This document shows positions 30,530-36,523 of a stretch of DNA of 36,523 nt, piece by piece (within the stretch, counting starts at the first letter, position 1; every line of letters begins with the position of its first letter). This stretch comes from Candidatus Iainarchaeum sp. (lineage in GTDB: Archaea > Iainarchaeota > Iainarchaeia > Iainarchaeales > JAXPJC01), in contig JACPJC010000004.1 of NCBI GenBank assembly GCA_016187745.1, positions 1 to 36,523 on the forward strand. The letters run 5' to 3'. The translations under genes were made by a program, and so were the position numbers. The notes beneath the pieces are model-generated. The model was given only the letters and a program-made list of their open reading frames with translations. It was not told where the DNA came from and made no database searches.

Positions 30530-32023
30530 AGGAGGTGATCCGTCCGCAGGTTCCCCTACGGACACCTTGTTACAACTTAGCCCCCCTTGCAGAATCCAGA
30601 ATCGTTGCTCTCCGAAGAGAGCAGCTCATCAGAACTCTACTCGGCTGGCTTGATGGGCGGTGTGTGCAAGGCGCAGGGACTTATTCACCGCGCGATAGTG
30701 ACGCGCGATTACTAGGGATTCCAAGCGTTCACGAGGCTGAGTTTCAAGCCCCGATCTGAACTGGGGTTAGGTTTAGGGGATTACCTTCTCCTTTCGGAGT
30801 CGGAACTCATTGTCCTAACCATTGTAGGCCGCGTGTAGCCCAAGAGATTCGGGCCATACAGATCTACCGTTGACCACTCCTTCCTCAGTATTACTACTGC
30901 AGTCCCATTAGAGTGCTCCTGCCCTTGCGGACAAGATTGCAACTAATGATGTGGGTCTCGCCCGTTACCTGAGTTAACAGGACACTTCATAGTACGAGCT
31001 GACGATGACCATACAACACCTCTCAGCGTGTCAGGTAAGCCCTTTAGGATGACCATCATTCTGCTGTCGCCCTTGGTGAGGTTTCTGGCGTTTTATTCAA
31101 TTGAACCGCAGCCTCCACCCCTTGTGGTGCGCCCCCGCCAATTCCATTAAGTTTCACTCTTGCGAGCGTACTTCCCAGGCGGCAGACTTAACGCCTTCGC
31201 TACGGCACTCCTGCATCTCGTGGATGCTAGAACACCTAGTCTGCATCGTTTACGGCTGGGACTAACCGGGTATCTAATCCGGGTCGCTCCCCCAGCTTTC
31301 GTTTCTCACTGTCAGGTCCGTACTGGCTGAGCGCCTTTGCTACTGGTGGTCCTTCCAGGATCATAGCATTTCACCGCTACCCCGGAAATTCCCTCAGCCT
31401 CTTCCGGCCTCTAGCCTGAAAGTATCATTGGCAATTCTGACTGTTAAGCAGGCAGATTTCACCAACGACTTTTCAGGCCAGCTACAAACGCTTTAGGCCC
31501 AATATGAGTGAGTACCACTTGTGGAGCACGTTTTACCGCGGCGGCTGGCACGTGTCTTACCCCCCACTTATTCGCAAAGCTATCTAGACTTTGCAAAAGC
31601 TTGCAGAGCAAGCACTCGGAATTCCCCTGTCGCACTTGCGTGCATTGCAGAGTTTTCGCACCTGCTGCACCCCGTAGGGCTAGGGACCTTATCTCAGTTC
31701 CCTTCTCCGGGCTCCCTCTTTCAAGGCCCGTACGGATCTTAGGCTTGGTGGGCATTTACCCCGCCAACTACCTAATCCGACGCAGTCCCATCCTGAAGCA
31801 AACTGCAAAAGCATGAATTGCAGCTCCTTTGAACAGGGGAATTTTCCAATACCCCCCGCCTAAGATGCATTATGCCCAGTTTCCCGGGTTTTGCACCTCT
31901 TCAGGTTAGATTAACTACGTGTTACTGAGCCGTTTGCCAGAGCTGCTCGTAGCTGCAGCTCTAAGACTTGCATGGTTAAGTCGAATTCCGATAGCAGTAC
32001 CCGCCAGCAGGATCAGCTGGAAT
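30530..32023 (-). rRNA. rrs: 16S rRNA (archaeal)
   Basis: 5' ATTCCAGCTGATCCTGC, GTGCCAGCCGCCGCGGTAA, ATTAGATACCC, 3' GGATCACCTCC. Confidence 0.98.
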
Positions 32024-32335
32024 CATCAGAAACCCTTCGTTTCCGATACCTTCCGCTTTTTCAGGGAAAGATACCGAATAAAAAGTTCTGAAACACACTC
32101 ATATATCCAATTTTGGAATTGGTTTTAAATTTGCTGTCTTGCACTTATTTGCGAGCACAAATTTCCTATTCTGCAACATCAGACCCGAAAAAGCTCGAGC
32201 CCTCATGAAGCCATATAGCACTCAAGCAATAACAACAATGCGGACGCATAGAAAGATTTCAATGCATCGCTCAAGCAAATTGCTCTGCTTTCACTGCACC
32301 AGGCTATAATACCTATAATATACTGTGCGCCTCGC

Positions 32336-32350
32336 ATTTAAATAGGTTTC
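32336..32350 (-). promoter_or_regulatory. Candidate BRE/TATA promoter of the rRNA operon
   Basis: GAAACCTATTTAAAT about 310 nt upstream of 16S and upstream of the 16S processing-stem arm at about 32139-32162. Confidence 0.5.
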
Positions 32351-32406
32351 GCTTGCGCGTGCGCAAATTTTATTAATGCGCAAGGCGCTAATTTAATTGT
32401 GGTTTT

Positions 32407-32544
32407 ATGCCTCCAAAACCAATCAGGGAATTTTTTGCAAATTTCAGGAAGAGAATGGGCCAATTTACATTGCACACGCGCCGGAAAGGCATAAGGGAAT
32501 TCTACCAGACCCCGGAACTTGCCAGAATAAAGAGGCGCTTTTAA
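32407..32544 (+). CDS. Possible 45 aa basic peptide (MPPKPIREFF...)
   Basis: Hand-translated ORF below the track cutoff; TTTATTAA box upstream; composition resembles the other basic orphans. Confidence 0.4.
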   Translation: MPPKPIREFFANFRKRMGQFTLHTRRKGIREFYQTPELARIKRRF

Positions 32545-32584
32545 TACGAATGATTTTTAAATAAGTTAATCTATTGATTTAAAC

Positions 32585-33472
32585 ATGTTCGGGAGAATTG
32601 CCGCGCTTATTGAGCTGATGCGCCCTGTTGAGTGGAGCAAAACATTCGGCAATATGGTGCTGGGCTCGGTTCTTGCGCTCTATCTCACAAACCAGCCTAT
32701 TTTTACGCTAAATAATTTCTATCTTTTCCTTATAGGCTTTATTGCTGCAGGGCCTCTTCTCTGGGGCGGCCTTTACACACTGAATGATTACTATGACTGG
32801 AAAAAGGACCTATTGCACAAGGTGAAAAAAACAAGGGCAATCCCCTCAGGAAGGATAAGCGCAAATGCAGCGCTATTGTTTTCCCTGCTGCTGATATTCC
32901 TTGCGATTTTTATCGGCGGCATGTCAGGCGCATTGTTCTTTGTGTGCATTGCAGTAATGTTCTTCAACCAGATATTATATACCTCAAAGCCCTTCAGGCT
33001 GAAGGAGCGCGCTGTTTTTGACCTCATTTCGGGCTCGCTCATAAACCCGATTTTCAGGTTCTATGCGGGCTGGGTTTTGTTTGCTTCTGCCTTCAATGCG
33101 CCTATTGAGGTTCTGCTGTTTGTTGTGGGCTTCCAGTTTGCCGGCTTCACCCTTTACAGATTAAGCAATAAAAAGCTGGAAACAAAACTGACCTTCAGGA
33201 GCAGCAATGTTGTTTTCGGCGAGAAAAAAATCCGATACCTTGCATATGCCGCGGGCGCAATTGCAGGGCTTTCATATCTCATAATGTGCTTCACAATCCT
33301 CCCGCCAAGGTTCCTGATTCTTGCAGTATTGAGCGTTCTTGCATTCCCACTCTACGCAAAGGCGCTGTCAAAGCCGCAGGAAATGGACATGAGGCGGATG
33401 TACAAACTGATTTACGCGCACTACACGCTTTTCATAATAGGATTCATCCTGCTGTTTTATGTGCAGTTCTAG
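32585..33472 (+). CDS. UbiA-family prenyltransferase
   Basis: LMRPVEWSK, NDYYDWKKD...RAIPSGRI, YTSKPFRLK, multi-TM. Confidence 0.92.
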   Translation: MFGRIAALIELMRPVEWSKTFGNMVLGSVLALYLTNQPIFTLNNFYLFLIGFIAAGPLLWGGLYTLNDYYDWKKDLLHKVKKTRAIPSGRISANAALLFSLLLIFLAIFIGGMSGALFFVCIAVMFFNQILYTSKPFRLKERAVFDLISGSLINPIFRFYAGWVLFASAFNAPIEVLLFVVGFQFAGFTLYRLSNKKLETKLTFRSSNVVFGEKKIRYLAYAAGAIAGLSYLIMCFTILPPRFLILAVLSVLAFPLYAKALSKPQEMDMRRMYKLIYAHYTLFIIGFILLFYVQF

Positions 33473-33546
33473 AACATGCTGCCAAATTTATTAATGCAAA
33501 GCGCGTTAGTTCTAGCCTTAAATGCCGCCGGCAAAATCAGTTATAT

Positions 33547-33678
33547 TTACGTGCTCAGCCTGTTCTTAAGGTAGCGCTTCTTTCTTTTCTTCTTGCGCAT
33601 CTTCTTCTTGTGCCATTTCCAGCGCTGCCTGCTCTTGGTTTTCTTGAATCTGCTTGAATCCCTGCTGCGCGTGCTCAT
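33547..33678 (-). CDS. rpl41e: Ribosomal protein eL41 (L41e)
   Basis: Hand translation MSTRSRDSSRFKKTKSRQRWKWHKKKMRKKKRKKRYLKNRLST matches the archaeal SSR...RWKWxKK pattern. Confidence 0.8.
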   Translation of the reverse strand: MSTRSRDSSRFKKTKSRQRWKWHKKKMRKKKRKKRYLKNRLST

Positions 33679-33748
33679 ATTTACCACAAATCAGTTCTAA
33701 TTAAAATAAAAAGAAGTAGAAAAGGATTATAAATCCGATTCATCAAGT

Positions 33749-34198
33749 TCAGCAGCCGGTTGTGTATGCGCAGACCCTGCTTGAGTATGTGGCGTATGCG
33801 GGATATCTTGCTGTGGGAGGGCTTGAATAGCTTGAGTATGCGCTGCCGCTGTTATAGCTTGTGAATGTGCCTGTAACGCTCGGGTATGTGGGATCATAAA
33901 TTGCCCTTGCTATATTCCCGTAGCTTGGCCCCGCAGGAAGGCTGCGCCAGTTGGGATAGTAGTAGGAATAGCCGTATGGGAAATAGCTGTATGCCGCAGG
34001 GTAGGGGTAGTACTCATAATAATAGTTGTATCCGGGCGCATAGACTGATGTTGCTGAAGGATAATAAACTGCTGTTGGATATGCATAATCGCTTGTGCTG
34101 TAGCCTGCGCTCACATACCAGCCAGATGCCATTGCGCCTGCAATAAAAGCCACTGCAAAAACCGCAATTGCCATTGCCAAAATTGCCCTCTTCGCCAT
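33749..34198 (-). CDS. Secreted Tyr/Ser/Pro/Ala-rich low-complexity protein
   Basis: Signal peptide followed by a Y-rich region; ends RVCAYTTGC. Confidence 0.75.
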   Translation of the reverse strand: MAKRAILAMAIAVFAVAFIAGAMASGWYVSAGYSTSDYAYPTAVYYPSATSVYAPGYNYYYEYYPYPAAYSYFPYGYSYYYPNWRSLPAGPSYGNIARAIYDPTYPSVTGTFTSYNSGSAYSSYSSPPTARYPAYATYSSRVCAYTTGC

Positions 34199-34266
34199 AA
34201 TATAATATGCTGCTTAAGTGGTATTTAAACCTATCCATTAACTGAAATGAGTGAATAATTAGGAAG

Positions 34267-34376
34267 TGCCCCGGACGGGACTCGAACCCGTGTTACAGCC
34301 TTTCTTCATTTTTCGCCAGCCTTTTTCTAAAAGGCTGTTGAAAGGGCAGTGTGCTTAACCGCTACACTACCGGGGC
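34267..34376 (-). tRNA. tRNA-Glu(TTC) with 37-nt intron at 37/38 (34302-34338)
   Basis: GCCCCGG/CCGGGGC acceptor; CTGCC-CT-TTC-A|A-GGCTG; CTTT pairs with intron GAAG. Confidence 0.9.
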
Positions 34377-34389
34377 GTCTTAGGATGTG

Positions 34390-34450
34390 TTTTTTCTTTT
34401 GGGGTAAAACCTAGACCTTTTCTTTTTTTGCAAAAAGAAAAGGGATTGGT
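34390..34450 (-). repeat. Hairpin element, long form (copy F, in the tRNA-Glu 5' leader)
   Basis: ACCAATCCCTTTTCTTTTTGCAAAAAAAGAAAAGGTCTAGGTTTTACCCCAAAAGAAAAAA; most similar to copy E. Confidence 0.88.
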
Positions 34451-34519
34451 ATTTATAATGATTTAGTTTCAATTATATTTTAAACTGATTGCTGTTTTTG
34501 GGTTCCGGGAAATGATAAA

Positions 34520-34684
34520 ATGGCCAAATTTGAGGTTGCAGAGAAAAGGCTCTTCGCAAACATATGGATATGCATGCGCTGCAATGCGAAGAACAAGTGC
34601 GGCACAGGAAAAAGGCCAGATTGCTGCAGGAAATGCGGCAGCAAGCGCCTCCGCCTGAAGAGCAAGCAGAAAAAGGTAAAGTAA
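34520..34684 (+). CDS. rpl40e: Ribosomal protein eL40 (L40e)
   Basis: Hand translation [25 protein letters not shown]...[12 protein letters not shown]. Confidence 0.93.
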   Translation: MAKFEVAEKRLFANIWICMRCNAKNKCGTGKRPDCCRKCGSKRLRLKSKQKKVK

Positions 34685-34686
34685 CC

Positions 34687-35508
34687 ATGGCTCTTTCCGC
34701 CTATTTTAAAATCCTGCGCCCATTGAACTGCATTATTTCCGCAGTTGCTGTTTTCATAGGCTTTGCGGTTGCTAATTCCGCAGTCCAATTCACAGTTCCC
34801 CTGCTCATGGCAATGATTGCTGCATTCCTGATATGCGGCGCAGGGCAGGCAGTAAATGACTATTACGATGCCAAAATTGACAGGAAAATCAGGCCTGAAA
34901 AGCCGATTCCCTTGGGAAAAATAAGCGCAAAAGGAGCATTTGCATTTTCAATAATTTTATTCGCTGTTGGGATTGCGCTTTCCTATTTCATAAATATCTA
35001 TGCGTTTGCAATTGCGCTTGCGATTTCGCTTCTGCTGTTCTGCTATTCCGCATTCCTTGCGAAATACAAATACATTGGGAATTGGATTGTGGCAAGCGGA
35101 ACCGCGCTAACTCTTGTGTTCGGCGCGAGCGTTGCGCTGAATTTCAGGATTGCCTCAATTCTTGCGCTTTCCGCGCTTTTCGCAAATGTTGCAAGGGAGC
35201 TAACAAAGGATTTTGAGGACCTGGACGCGGATTTGGGATTCAAAACAAGCCTGCCGCAATTGCTGCAGGGGAGGAAAGTGAAGTTGCTCATCCTTGCAAT
35301 GTATCTTGCGGCAATAATTGTTGCTTTTGCGCCCTTTGCGCTTGGCCTGTTCAAAAATTTATTCTACCCCGCGCTGGTTGCAATTTCAGGGATTATATTT
35401 ATTTACGCAGCGCTGCTCGCCTTTAAAAACAAATTCCACAGGGCGCAAAACCTCTCCAAGCTGGGCATGATAATAGCATTAGTTGCGTTTTTTATTGGAA
35501 TATTCTGA
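34687..35508 (+). CDS. UbiA-family prenyltransferase, DGGGP synthase-like
   Basis: ILRPLNC, NDYYDAKIDRKIRPEKPIPLG, IGNWIVA, ARELTKDFEDLDAD. Confidence 0.88.
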   Translation: MALSAYFKILRPLNCIISAVAVFIGFAVANSAVQFTVPLLMAMIAAFLICGAGQAVNDYYDAKIDRKIRPEKPIPLGKISAKGAFAFSIILFAVGIALSYFINIYAFAIALAISLLLFCYSAFLAKYKYIGNWIVASGTALTLVFGASVALNFRIASILALSALFANVARELTKDFEDLDADLGFKTSLPQLLQGRKVKLLILAMYLAAIIVAFAPFALGLFKNLFYPALVAISGIIFIYAALLAFKNKFHRAQNLSKLGMIIALVAFFIGIF

Positions 35509-35525
35509 TCATATATCCGGGAAAT

Positions 35526-36101
35526 ATGGCCAAGGATGATTTTTTCAGGCTGCGCAGGGAGCAATTAGTGCAGTACATGCTCGCAAGCGGCGCAATTAAG
35601 TCTGATTCTGTGAAAAACGCTTTTTTGAATGTGAAAAGGGAAAATTTCATGCCTGCGCATTTGCAGAGCGCGGCATATTCCGATGAGGCGCTTCCGATTG
35701 GCTCGGGGCAGACAATTTCCCAGCCGAGCACGATTGCAACAATGCTTGAATTGCTGCAAATTCAGGAAGGCAATAAGGTTCTTGAGATTGGCGCAGGCTC
35801 CGCATATGTGCTTGCACTGCTTTCAGAGCTCGCGGGAAAAAAGGGGAAAATTTACGGGATTGAAATCCTGCCTGAACTGAAGCGGCGTGCGGAAAAAGTC
35901 CTTGAGAAGTGCAATTATAAGAACGTAAAACTGAAAGTCGGCGATGGCACGCTCGGATGGAAGGAAAAGGCGCAATTTGAGCGCATACTTCTGAGCGCAG
36001 CCTGCCCCTATGTGCCAAAAAAGGGGCAGGTTATAAAAGAGGAATTCCTCGAGAATTATTTCGCATTTGTCCCGTTGCGCGGGAAATACGGATGGGGATA
36101 A
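35526..36101 (+). CDS. pcm: Protein-L-isoaspartate O-methyltransferase (apparent in-frame internal deletion)
   Basis: AYSDEALPIGSGQTISQP, VLEIGAGSAY, GDGTLGW, FVPLRG. Confidence 0.9.
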   Translation: MAKDDFFRLRREQLVQYMLASGAIKSDSVKNAFLNVKRENFMPAHLQSAAYSDEALPIGSGQTISQPSTIATMLELLQIQEGNKVLEIGAGSAYVLALLSELAGKKGKIYGIEILPELKRRAEKVLEKCNYKNVKLKVGDGTLGWKEKAQFERILLSAACPYVPKKGQVIKEEFLENYFAFVPLRGKYGWG

Positions 36102-36103
36102 AT

Positions 36104-36523
36104 ATGGTAAAAAGGGCATTTCTCATACACGGCTTTAGAGGCCGGCCTAATAGGGGCTGGCGCCCCTGGCTGAAGAAGGAATTGGGGAAATTAGGGTTTA
36201 GTGTGAGCGTTCCTGCAATGCCTGATGCAAACAATCCGAAAATGAATGCATGGGTAAAGCACCTTGCGGATGTTGTCGGAACCCCCGATAAGGACTGCTA
36301 TTTTATCGGCCACAGCCTGGGCTGCATAACAATTCTCAGATACTTGGAAAGCCTGGGAAAAAATAAAAAAGTCGGGGGCGCAGTGCTTGTTGCAGGCTTT
36401 TCCGATGATTTGGGCATAAAAGAGCTGCATGATTTTTTCACAAGGCCTGTTGATTGGAAAAAAATAAAATCAAACTGCAGGAAATTTGTTGCAATCCATT
36501 CAGACAACGATCCCTATGTTGCG
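36104..36523 (+). CDS. RBBP9/YdeN-family alpha/beta hydrolase, 3'-truncated by the window edge
   Basis: Hand translation MVKRAFLIHGF...WRPWLKKEL...FIGHSLGC...IHSDNDPYV. Confidence 0.9.
   Translation, partial: MVKRAFLIHGFRGRPNRGWRPWLKKELGKLGFSVSVPAMPDANNPKMNAWVKHLADVVGTPDKDCYFIGHSLGCITILRYLESLGKNKKVGGAVLVAGFSDDLGIKELHDFFTRPVDWKKIKSNCRKFVAIHSDNDPYVA

Noticed and set aside
34564-34686. N-terminal extension of the prenyltransferase
   Set aside because: Overlaps rpl40e in another frame; the likely start is 34687

Overview
Archaeal chromosomal segment, most likely from a DPANN lineage such as Iainarchaeota/Diapherotrites (inferred from archaeal rRNA, eL40/eL41, BHB-type tRNA introns, a long RelA/SpoT homologue and many small basic orphans). 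It is dominated by translation genes: a minus-strand 16S-tRNA-Ala-23S operon without 5S, nine tRNA genes (six with 37/38 introns), a type-M-like RNase P RNA, argS, leuS, alaS, rpl40e and rpl41e. It also holds two UbiA prenyltransferases, ilvE, a HerA-like ATPase with an M50 protease, a NUDIX hydrolase, and two AT-rich patches (PEP-utilizer plus LMW phosphatase; DUF262 plus HEPN). The main unexplained signal is a family of about ten short hairpin elements (TTTTCTTTT / AAAAGAAAA stem followed by a third AAAAGAAAA tract). I found them only in stable-RNA transcripts and always in sense orientation: in all six tRNA introns, at two tRNA 3' ends, at the 16S 3' end and in a tRNA 5' leader. Other notable points are heavily substituted peptidyl-transferase and decoding-site residues, a synthetase-dead long RSH, a chimeric LeuRS, tandem Xis/MerR-like repeat proteins, and two internal deletions (23S, pcm) that may be assembly errors. 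All alignments were done by eye.
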